A stretch of DNA of 40,168 bases from Przondovirus KP32i192. The stretch is from the sequence record OZ035748.1, one strand, 5' to 3'. The first letter of the stretch is position 1; each line of letters begins with the position of its first letter. Position numbers and translations under genes: made by a program. The notes under the pieces are model-generated. The model was not told where the DNA came from. It saw nothing but the letters and a program-made list of their open reading frames with translations, and did not search any database. Of this stretch, positions 8,601 to 17,010 are shown one piece after another.

Positions 8601-8660
8601 CTTCGAATGACCGAGGGTTCCATTACTTAAAGTCTTAACTTAAAGAATACTTAAAGAGGC
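8595..8660 (+). other. Candidate primary replication origin region (promoter plus AT-rich tacttaaag repeats)
   Basis: 5' hairpin followed by three copies of (t/a)acttaaag at 8624, 8637, 8648; in T7 the primary origin is the promoter/AT-rich region just downstream of gene 1. Confidence 0.3.
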
Positions 8661-8665
8661 ACACC

Positions 8666-9226
8666 ATGACTTACTCAATCGTTGTAACCATCTTGTTAAT
8701 CGTATTAATCATCCTGTTAGTAAGGGCCGTCACACGACTCGGTGCCTGCGAGTACGCCCTTGAGAAGCAAGCCAAGAGCAACGAGGAGTACACAGACGGC
8801 TTGCACGATAAGGTCTGCCGCCTGTCTGACGATAAGGTATCACTCAATAAGCAGGTGCGGTGGTTAGAGAGCGAGCTTGAACACGAGAAGCAGAAGGTAC
8901 GCGATGTGAACGAACTACGGGAACGCCAGCGGGACCGCATGAAGTTCCTCCGCAAGTCCCTCAAGGAAGCACAAGATGAGCTGATGATGGTCTCCGACCT
9001 GATTCACGTTAAGTTCACCGCTGTGTTGCCGGACGGTACCCACTCCAAGACGCTCTTTAAGTTAGGACTTGGGCCGTGTGGCCTGCACGTTAAGTCCCTC
9101 CGCTGGACCGAGCTGGATGACCGCTATCTGATAGACCAGCTGTGCACCAACGGTGAGCGCAAGCAGTTCGTTTATTACAAGAGCGAAGTAGTGGGACGCA
9201 TCGAGTTCCGCCACGGTAAGATTTAA
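8666..9226 (+). CDS. Hypothetical protein, N-terminal TM helix plus coiled coil (no T7 counterpart; gene 1.05 position)
   Basis: 186-aa ORF with aagagg RBS; hydrophobic N-terminus IVVTILLIVLIILLV followed by charged heptad-rich region; no similarity to T7 proteins I can recall. Confidence 0.6.
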   Translation: MTYSIVVTILLIVLIILLVRAVTRLGACEYALEKQAKSNEEYTDGLHDKVCRLSDDKVSLNKQVRWLESELEHEKQKVRDVNELRERQRDRMKFLRKSLKEAQDELMMVSDLIHVKFTAVLPDGTHSKTLFKLGLGPCGLHVKSLRWTELDDRYLIDQLCTNGERKQFVYYKSEVVGRIEFRHGKI

Positions 9227-9247
9227 TTAGGACCCACTATCAGGAAC
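9225..9247 (+). promoter_or_regulatory. Degenerate phage promoter-like element (phi1.1B position)
   Basis: AATTAGGACCCACTATCAGGAAC: upstream -17 to -2 matches consensus but -1/+1 is C/A instead of A/G. Confidence 0.35.
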
Positions 9248-9248
9248 A

Positions 9249-9285
9249 TACTCAAGGTCATCACGTTTGGTGGCCTTCATGAATG
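9249..9285 (+). promoter_or_regulatory. RNase III-type processing hairpin (R1.1-like)
   Basis: tactcAAGGTCATCACgtttGGTGGCCTTcatgaatg; shares ctcaaggtca / tggcctt motifs with sites at 288, 9773, 16538. Confidence 0.55.
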
Positions 9286-9315
9286 TCCCTTAATATCACA
9301 ATCAGGAGCAACACC

Positions 9316-9492
9316 ATGTATCAGAACACAATCAACTTTGAGCGCACCCGTGAACGTCAGCAGACAGAGGGTTACATCCCTAAGGGCCGCAAGCTGAACA
9401 AGACGAAGCGCGGTGGTGGGGTGAAGGGTTCCTTCCGTAACGCTAAGGGTGACAGCGTTGTTAACCAAGAGAAATACTTCGTGGGAGCGTAA
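9316..9492 (+). CDS. gp1.1-like small basic protein
   Basis: 58-aa product contains KGRKLNKTKR as in recalled T7 gp1.1; aggag RBS 7 nt upstream. Confidence 0.55.
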   Translation: MYQNTINFERTRERQQTEGYIPKGRKLNKTKRGGGVKGSFRNAKGDSVVNQEKYFVGA

Positions 9493-9495
9493 CAA

Positions 9496-9753
9496 ATGGC
9501 TACGGAAAAAAGATGGCTTTTCGATGGGAGCACCTCACAATGGTCTCGTTTAGGAGCAGCGGAGCGTAGACTACTGGATACGACAGGACTGCACGTGGTC
9601 ATGCTTGACGACCCATTCACTAACACCGTGCTGTTCAACGTATTCGAGCCACGCGGGTCACTTCTAATAAGTAAGCGGTTCAGCCACTGGTCGATTGACT
9701 CAGCGTCAGACTGGCTGGCAAAACTCGCAGCTGACTACTCAAGCTGGCAGTAA
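9496..9753 (+). CDS. gp1.2-like protein (possible host dGTPase inhibitor) by size and position
   Basis: 85-aa ORF, same length and position as T7 gp1.2; sequence similarity weak. Confidence 0.45.
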   Translation: MATEKRWLFDGSTSQWSRLGAAERRLLDTTGLHVVMLDDPFTNTVLFNVFEPRGSLLISKRFSHWSIDSASDWLAKLAADYSSWQ

Positions 9754-9774
9754 TTAGGACACACTATAGGCAGA
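9752..9774 (+). promoter_or_regulatory. Phage RNAP promoter (phi1.3-like)
   Basis: AATTAGGACACACTATAGGCAGA; +1 G at 9769. Confidence 0.65.
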
Positions 9775-9809
9775 CTCAAGGTCATCGGATTCCGGTGGCC
9801 TTTATGATT
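9773..9809 (+). promoter_or_regulatory. RNase III-type processing hairpin (R1.3-like)
   Basis: gactcAAGGTCATCGGattCCGGTGGCCTTtatgatt: 11-bp stem with two G-U pairs. Confidence 0.55.
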
Positions 9810-9853
9810 GCTTATTGCACACTAAATGAACACTACACTTCGGAGACATCGTC

Positions 9854-10918
9854 ATGATGAACATTAAGACTAATCCATTTAAGGCTGTATCATTCGTTCG
9901 CTCTGCTATCGAGAAGGCGCTGGAGACTTCCGGTTACCTCATCGCAGACACTAAGCACGATGGTGTGCGCGGTAACATCTGCGTAGACAACACGGCCAAC
10001 GCAGCGTGGCTCAGCCGGGTCTCCAAGACCATTCCGGCCCTTGAGCATCTCAACGGTTTCGACCAGCGCTGGAATAAGTTACTGAAAGATGACCGCTGGA
10101 TTTTCCCGGATGGCTTCATGCTTGATGGCGAACTCATGGTCAAAGGCGTGGACTTCAACACCGGGTCTGGTCTACTGCGCACCAAGTACCTGAAAGAAAA
10201 GAACATGAAGTTTGACACCCGCGCCCTTCTTGACTTCGATAAGAAGCTGTGGGGGACCAAAACTCCATTCCGCCTACAGACGGGCAAACTCAAAGTTGTC
10301 CTCTATGATATCATTCCGCTTGACATTATCGAGTCCGGTGATGACTACAACGTGATGACCCTCCTCCGCCTTGAGCACGTCAAGGTAGCCTTACCAGTCC
10401 TGCAAGACCACTTCCCTGAAGTCGAGTGGTGCCTCTCGGAGTCCCATGAAGTTTACGACATGGACGAACTCGATGCGCTTTACCGACAGAAACGCGAAGA
10501 AGGTCACGAAGGTCTGGTGGTTAAGGACCCTCAGGGCATCTACAAGCGCGGTAAGAAGTCCGGCTGGTGGAAACTGAAGCCAGAGAACGAGGCTGACGGT
10601 GTCGTTGTGGGACTCAACTGGGGAACTCCCGGTCTTGCCAACGAGGGCAAGGTGATTGGCTTCGAGGTACTCCTTGAGTCTGGTCGCGTGGTATCCGCCA
10701 ACAACATCTCTCAGGCACTTATGGAGGAGTTTACCTCCGCATGGCTCAACGCTAACACCGAGGACTTCACAGGAACAACAGCGCCAAACCCAGTGAACCC
10801 TTACGAAGGCTGGGCGTGCCAAATCAAGTACATGGAGGAAACTCCAGATGGCTCTCTGCGTCACCCGTCGTTCGACAAATGGCGTGGCACTGAGGCTGAC
10901 CCGACCATAAAGATGTAA
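9854..10918 (+). CDS. ATP-dependent DNA ligase (T7 gp1.3-like)
   Basis: 354-aa ORF; N-terminus MMNIKTNPFKAVSFV and adenylation motif KYDGVRG match recalled T7 ligase. Confidence 0.92.
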   Translation: MMNIKTNPFKAVSFVRSAIEKALETSGYLIADTKHDGVRGNICVDNTANAAWLSRVSKTIPALEHLNGFDQRWNKLLKDDRWIFPDGFMLDGELMVKGVDFNTGSGLLRTKYLKEKNMKFDTRALLDFDKKLWGTKTPFRLQTGKLKVVLYDIIPLDIIESGDDYNVMTLLRLEHVKVALPVLQDHFPEVEWCLSESHEVYDMDELDALYRQKREEGHEGLVVKDPQGIYKRGKKSGWWKLKPENEADGVVVGLNWGTPGLANEGKVIGFEVLLESGRVVSANNISQALMEEFTSAWLNANTEDFTGTTAPNPVNPYEGWACQIKYMEETPDGSLRHPSFDKWRGTEADPTIKM

Positions 10919-10939
10919 TTAGGACCCACTATAGGAGAC
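10917..10939 (+). promoter_or_regulatory. Phage RNAP promoter (phi1.5-like)
   Basis: AATTAGGACCCACTATAGGAGAC. Confidence 0.65.
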
Positions 10940-10944
10940 ACCAA

Positions 10945-11031
10945 ATGTCTATCAACCTGATTCTAATCATCGTGTTCATCCTCGCGGCTATCGTGTGGTC
11001 AATGAACGACGAGCCACCAAAAGGAGTATAA
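10945..11031 (+). CDS. Tiny hydrophobic ORF (28 aa)
   Basis: MSINLILIIVFILAAIVWSMNDEPPKGV; directly after promoter; no strong RBS. Confidence 0.25.
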   Translation: MSINLILIIVFILAAIVWSMNDEPPKGV

Positions 11032-11033
11032 CC

Positions 11034-11297
11034 ATGCGCTTACACTTCAATAAATCCAACGGCATCTTCTCGGTTCGCCGGGAGGACCGCAGCACTGTAG
11101 CGGCCTCTGAGCGCCACGGTAAGATTCCACGTATCGGCGATACCTTCGAGCTGGCACCTCGTGTGCACATCTTGGTTACTCGCGGTCTCTACGAATTGGC
11201 TCAAACTAAGAGCCGTCCTTTCGTACCCGTAGTGGTGACCAAGTGGCCACGCCTTCGCCTGTTCTGGGAGCGTATCAAGGAGGTGGTCAATGACTGA
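11034..11297 (+). CDS. Hypothetical protein (gp1.6-like by size and position)
   Basis: 87-aa ORF from internal ATG of ORF 10995..11297; aaggag RBS 8 nt upstream. Confidence 0.4.
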   Translation: MRLHFNKSNGIFSVRREDRSTVAASERHGKIPRIGDTFELAPRVHILVTRGLYELAQTKSRPFVPVVVTKWPRLRLFWERIKEVVND

Positions 11298-11715
11298 ACG
11301 TGAAATTCAAGTGGTGAATCTGCTGGTTGAACAAAACACTGACCGCCCAGACTCCACAACGTGCGCTGATGGCGTCATATGCTACAAGGTATCGTGCAGT
11401 GAGTGTCCGCTAGACACCAAAGGTACGACCATTGGGGAAGTCCGCGCAATGAAGGACAGCAAGGCTCCGAGTGTAGAAGACGACGGTGTTAAGCAGCCGA
11501 GCCACTACCAGCTGTTCGACGGTGTCGAGGCCATCGAGGTGATTGCTCGCAGCATGACCCAAGAGATGTTTAAGGGGTACTGCCTCGGGAACATCCTCAA
11601 GTACCGCCTTCGGGCCGGGAAGAAGTCCGAGCTGGCTACCTTAGAGAAAGACATGGCGAAGGCCGCTTTCTATCTGGAACTATACGAGAAACACAAGGGG
11701 TTGTGCCATGATTGA
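11290..11715 (+). CDS. gp1.7-like protein with DUF3310-type C-terminal motif (possible nucleotide kinase family)
   Basis: 141-aa ORF; aaggagg RBS; C-terminal HYQ..GVEAIEVI...GYCLGNILKYRLRAGKK resembles the conserved motif of T7 gp1.7 relatives. Confidence 0.45.
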   Translation: MTEREIQVVNLLVEQNTDRPDSTTCADGVICYKVSCSECPLDTKGTTIGEVRAMKDSKAPSVEDDGVKQPSHYQLFDGVEAIEVIARSMTQEMFKGYCLGNILKYRLRAGKKSELATLEKDMAKAAFYLELYEKHKGLCHD

Positions 11716-11845
11716 GTTAACACCGAGTCGTATTGAAATCCTGAAGATTTGGGCGAAGGACTTCCTCAGAATCTACCAGACTGAGGACTTCACCAAGGAG
11801 GAGCTTGAGTTCATTGAGGAGATTCTTAGCAATGAACCCGAGTGA
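11708..11845 (+). CDS. Small protein (gp1.8-like by position)
   Basis: 45-aa ORF overlapping neighbours; translated by hand. Confidence 0.3.
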   Translation: MIELTPSRIEILKIWAKDFLRIYQTEDFTKEELEFIEEILSNEPE

Positions 11846-11922
11846 CTGGTGCCGAGCGATGTACGAGAAGACGCTCGACCCTGCGTACATAACCCTGTAT
11901 AACATGTGGAAGGAGTGGGAAG

Positions 11923-12072
11923 ATGCAAAAATTCGTCGTAACGGTCGAGACAGCTAACGCATCGTATGAACTCCCGGTACACGCTGGGTCTCTTGAGGAG
12001 GCCCTAGAAGTTGCCGAGGCGGAGTACGAAGAGTTAGGCCAAGTGACTCGGGTACGCCCGGATAGTCATTAG
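11923..12072 (+). CDS. Host RNA polymerase inhibitor (T7 gp2-like)
   Basis: 49-aa ORF; aaggag RBS; YELPVHAGSLEEALEVAEAEY...VTRVRP parallels recalled T7 gp2 ([21 protein letters not shown]...VTRVRP). Confidence 0.65.
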   Translation: MQKFVVTVETANASYELPVHAGSLEEALEVAEAEYEELGQVTRVRPDSH

Positions 12073-12089
12073 GACACACTATAGGGACA
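12067..12089 (+). promoter_or_regulatory. Phage RNAP promoter (phi2.5-like)
   Basis: CATTAGGACACACTATAGGGACA. Confidence 0.65.
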
Positions 12090-12131
12090 CAGGTTGTCCC
12101 TCTTTCTGTTATAAACCAAAGGAGATTCATC

Positions 12132-12827
12132 ATGGCATTCGCTAAGAAGAAAATTTACACCACCAAGATTGGTACCTGTGAGCCGTATGCTTACTTCAAC
12201 AAGCCGGACTATGGCGGTGAGGGTTTTGAGAACCCACGCGGTACCTACAAGGGTTCCGTAACGTTCAAGAACGAAGACTGTCAGGAGCTGGTAGACCTCA
12301 TCGTTAAGACCCATGAGGAAAACTACGCGGCCCGTCTGGAAGCGCACGAAGCGAACCCGCCGAAGGTTCAGAAGGGTAAGAAACCTCTGAAGCCATATGA
12401 AGGCGACATGCCGTTCTTCGACAACGGCGATGGCACCACCACGTTCAACTTCAAGTGCTACGGCTCATACGAGGACAAGAAGACTGGCGAGACCAAGAAG
12501 ATTGTTCTGGGTGTAGTAGACGCTAAGGGCAAACGCATCCAAGACGTTCCGATTATCGGCGGTGGTTCCAAAGTGAAGATTCGCTTCTCTCTGGTACCGT
12601 ACGGCTGGTCTGCGGTAGCGGGCGCTTCCGTTAAGCTGCAACTGGAAGGTGTGATGCTGGTCGAACTGGCTACCTTTGGTGGTGGCGAAGACGACTGGGC
12701 TGACGAAGCCGTAGAAGGCGGTTACGAAGCGGACGAACCTCGCAGCCGCAAACCTCAGGAAGACCCGGAAGACTGGTCTGGTGAGGAAGAGGACGAAGGT
12801 GAAGCCGAAGAAGACGATGACTTCTAA
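12132..12827 (+). CDS. Single-stranded DNA-binding protein (T7 gp2.5-like)
   Basis: 231-aa ORF; near-identical blocks (KKPLKPYEGDMPFFDNGDGTTTF, VMLVELATFGGGEDDWADE) and acidic C-terminal tail ending DF. Confidence 0.92.
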   Translation: MAFAKKKIYTTKIGTCEPYAYFNKPDYGGEGFENPRGTYKGSVTFKNEDCQELVDLIVKTHEENYAARLEAHEANPPKVQKGKKPLKPYEGDMPFFDNGDGTTTFNFKCYGSYEDKKTGETKKIVLGVVDAKGKRIQDVPIIGGGSKVKIRFSLVPYGWSAVAGASVKLQLEGVMLVELATFGGGEDDWADEAVEGGYEADEPRSRKPQEDPEDWSGEEEDEGEAEEDDDF

Positions 12828-13276
12828 TGGCAGGCTATGGGGCCAAAGGGATTCGGAAGGTGGGTGCCTTCCGGTCTGGCCTTGAGGACAAGGTGTCCAA
12901 GCAGTTAGAAGCAAAGGGCGTCACGTTCGACTACGAATTGTGGCGCATCCCTTACGTTATTCCTGCGAGTGACCACCTTTACACTCCAGACTTCTTGTTG
13001 CCCAACGGTATCTTTGTGGAGACTAAGGGTCTCTGGGAAGCCGAGGACCGCAAGAAGCACCTACTGATTCGTGAGCAGCACCCGGAGCTAGACATCCGGT
13101 TAGTGTTCTCTTCGAGTCGCACTAAGATTTACAAAGGGTCACCAACCAGTTACGCTGAGTGGTGTGAGAAGCATAACATCTTGTTTGCCGACAAATTGAT
13201 TCCCGTAGACTGGCTGAAGGAGCCGAAGCGTGATGTACCGTTCGGCAAGTTCAAACAGAAGAAAGGAGCAAAGTAG
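12827..13276 (+). CDS. Endonuclease I, Holliday junction resolvase (T7 gp3-like)
   Basis: 149-aa ORF; N-terminus MAGYGAKGIRKVGAFRSGLEDKVSKQLE identical to recalled T7 gp3. Confidence 0.92.
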   Translation: MAGYGAKGIRKVGAFRSGLEDKVSKQLEAKGVTFDYELWRIPYVIPASDHLYTPDFLLPNGIFVETKGLWEAEDRKKHLLIREQHPELDIRLVFSSSRTKIYKGSPTSYAEWCEKHNILFADKLIPVDWLKEPKRDVPFGKFKQKKGAK

Positions 13277-13277
13277 T

Positions 13278-13733
13278 ATGGCTAAGGTTCAATTCACCAA
13301 GCGACAGGAGACCTCTCAGATTTTCGTTCACTGTTCAGCCACCAAGGCAACCATGGACGTAGGTGTCCGCGAGATTCGCCAGTGGCATAAAGAGCAGGGC
13401 TGGCTTGACGTTGGGTATCACTTCATCATCCGTCGTGATGGTACCGTTGAGGCGGGCCGTGACCAAGATGCTGTTGGTTCACACGTCAAGGGATACAACT
13501 CGACCTCTGTCGGTGTATGTCTGGTGGGCGGTATCGACGCCAAGGGTAACCCTGAGGCAAACTTCACTCCAGCCCAGATGCAGTCGCTGCGTTCACTGCT
13601 GGTAGAACTGAAGGTGCAATACTCTGGGGCCGTTCTGATGGCACACCATGACGTAGCGCCTAAAGCCTGCCCGAGCTTCGACCTGAAGCGCTGGTGGGAG
13701 AAGAACGAACTGGTCACTTCTGACAGGGGCTGA
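13278..13733 (+). CDS. Lysozyme / N-acetylmuramoyl-L-alanine amidase (T7 gp3.5-like)
   Basis: 151-aa product from internal ATG with aaaggag RBS; FVHCSATK...VGVREIRQWHKEQGWLDVGYHFII and C-terminal ACPSFDLKRWWEKNELVTSDRG match T7 lysozyme. Confidence 0.92.
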   Translation: MAKVQFTKRQETSQIFVHCSATKATMDVGVREIRQWHKEQGWLDVGYHFIIRRDGTVEAGRDQDAVGSHVKGYNSTSVGVCLVGGIDAKGNPEANFTPAQMQSLRSLLVELKVQYSGAVLMAHHDVAPKACPSFDLKRWWEKNELVTSDRG

Positions 13734-13734
13734 C

Positions 13735-13842
13735 ATGGTTACGCAGGCTCTCATCATATTCGGATTGCCAATCCTGATAGTTGGTACGCTTTACTGTACC
13801 AACAAGGAGTGGTTCAGCGACGGACAAGAGTAGATAATTAGG
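13735..13842 (+). CDS. Tiny hydrophobic ORF (35 aa)
   Basis: Hand-translated; ATG overlaps lysozyme stop; no clear RBS. Confidence 0.2.
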
Positions 13843-13859
13843 GCACACTACAGGGAGAC
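13837..13859 (+). promoter_or_regulatory. Phage RNAP promoter (phi3.8-like), variant -2 C
   Basis: AATTAGGGCACACTACAGGGAGA; transcript begins with hairpin GGGAGAC/GTTTCCC. Confidence 0.55.
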
Positions 13860-13983
13860 AATTACGTTTCCCTGTTGTCACACATTCTGTACAAATTATG
13901 GTCAGGCTAAGGTGCACTTGGCGTAGCGCTGCGCTTCATTCGGGTTCGATTCCCGGACTGACCACACCAACGGAGATTACTTT

Positions 13984-14096
13984 ATGAACAAGGTATTTGA
14001 CGTATTCTTCATGTTTGTCCTGACAGTTGCGGTCATTACCATCGCTGTACTGGTGGGTACGGTTGCAATCGGTGTATTACACGAGGTAGGTTTAAT

Positions 14097-14100
<4 letters not shown>
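13984..14100 (+). CDS. Small membrane protein (38 aa)
   Basis: MNKVFDVFFMFVLTVAVITIAVLVGTVAIGVLHEVGLI; single predicted TM. Confidence 0.3.
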
Positions 14101-15943
<1,843 letters not shown>

Positions 15944-16014
15944 ACGTAAATGCAATGGGGCGTACTGCTGGTGCGCCTCTGACCCTGATTACCAATAACG
16001 AAAGGAGAACAATC

Positions 16015-16224
16015 ATGTTTAAACTCATCGAAACTTTAGGCCGTCTGGTCATCGCGCTGTACATCCGGGAAGCCAAGGCACTGGACAAAGCGTCCAAGGT
16101 GGAAGCAGAAGCAGCCGCTAAGCTGGCTAAAGCAGCCGACAAGGCACGTCAGGCATCTCTGGATGCAACCGCAGAGGCAGCGAAAGTTGCACTTAAAGCT
16201 CAGAAACTTAAGGAGTTCTTCTAA
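16015..16224 (+). CDS. Hypothetical protein (gp4.3-like by position)
   Basis: 69-aa ORF from internal ATG; aaaggag RBS; Ala/Lys-rich helical. Confidence 0.4.
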   Translation: MFKLIETLGRLVIALYIREAKALDKASKVEAEAAAKLAKAADKARQASLDATAEAAKVALKAQKLKEFF

Positions 16225-16535
16225 TGACTACCAAAGCTAAATTCCCCGGCAACACCATTCAGCTGTCCGACACTGTAGACCAGTGGGGCCGCAAGGTTCA
16301 CATCAACGTCCGCAACGACAAGGTCACTCTGGTCTACCGCTGGAAGGCTAAGAGCGATAACCGTGCGCACACTCAGCGTGTGACCCTAGACGATACTCAA
16401 GCAGCTCGCCTGCTGGCATCAGTGGCTGTAGCAGCAGCTGTAGCTGTCGGTGAGGACAAAGTGCGTGACGCTATTCTGGGTAAAGAGGTTGGAGAAACCT
16501 CCATGCGACTGGCCGCAGCGTCAGAGCTTAAGTGA
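16224..16535 (+). CDS. Hypothetical protein (gp4.5-like by position)
   Basis: 103-aa ORF, ATG overlaps upstream stop (TAATG). Confidence 0.45.
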   Translation: MTTKAKFPGNTIQLSDTVDQWGRKVHINVRNDKVTLVYRWKAKSDNRAHTQRVTLDDTQAARLLASVAVAAAVAVGEDKVRDAILGKEVGETSMRLAAASELK

Positions 16536-16537
16536 TA

Positions 16538-16578
16538 AACTCAAGGTCATTACTATATGTAGTGGCCTTTATGATTAT
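16538..16578 (+). promoter_or_regulatory. RNase III-type processing hairpin (R4.7-like)
   Basis: aactcAAGGTCATTACTAtatgTAGTGGCCTTtatgatt; same motif family as 288-326. Confidence 0.55.
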
Positions 16579-16607
16579 CACACACAACATATTGAGAGGA
16601 CATTACC

Positions 16608-16994
16608 ATGCGTAAACCTGAAGAAATCCGTGCAGACATCGAGAAGCTGACCAAAGAGCTGGAAGCCGTTAAGATTCACGAGTCCAGACAGGTTGCTGCC
16701 GTTAACATCTTGTACAACTTAGGATGGACACATGACCCGCATAAGGGATGGCAGAAGCCTGAGCCAAAGCGGAGTGACTACAAGGCCCCTATAAAGGCTG
16801 GCGAGTTGGCAACTTGGGAGGATGGGCACATTGGTGGCACAGTCTATATCCGCAGTGTCGGCGACAAGTATGCTCAGGTGTCACATGTTCGCGGTATCAG
16901 CCGGATTGGTGCTGACGTAGTGAATGGGAGCTTTGCCATCGAGAAAAGTAAGTTAACCGTGCGTCCACGTGAGTATTTCATCGGGCGTTGTTAA
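16608..16994 (+). CDS. Hypothetical protein (gp4.7-like by position)
   Basis: 128-aa ORF with gagagg RBS. Confidence 0.45.
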   Translation: MRKPEEIRADIEKLTKELEAVKIHESRQVAAVNILYNLGWTHDPHKGWQKPEPKRSDYKAPIKAGELATWEDGHIGGTVYIRSVGDKYAQVSHVRGISRIGADVVNGSFAIEKSKLTVRPREYFIGRC

Positions 16995-17010
16995 TCAACA
17001 GGAGACCACT

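Noticed and set aside
8595-8620. Hairpin GGGAACCTTCG/CGAGGGTTCC after the phi1.1A-like promoter as an early terminator (TE)
   Set aside because: No U-tract follows the stem, and it sits at the +1 of a phage promoter, so it is more likely a 5' stabilising hairpin; no convincing TE-like intrinsic terminator was found after the ligase gene.
11832-11957. 41-aa ORF overlapping the gp1.8-like and gp2 genes in a third frame
   Set aside because: Overlaps two better-supported ORFs, lacks an RBS, and has no counterpart I recognise in T7; likely spurious.
13900-13975. Possible tRNA gene (T-arm GGTTCGATTCC)
   Set aside because: Only about 64 nt lie between the putative acceptor strands, with no credible D-arm or anticodon arm and no 3' CCA context; kept as a structured-leader finding rather than a tRNA feature.
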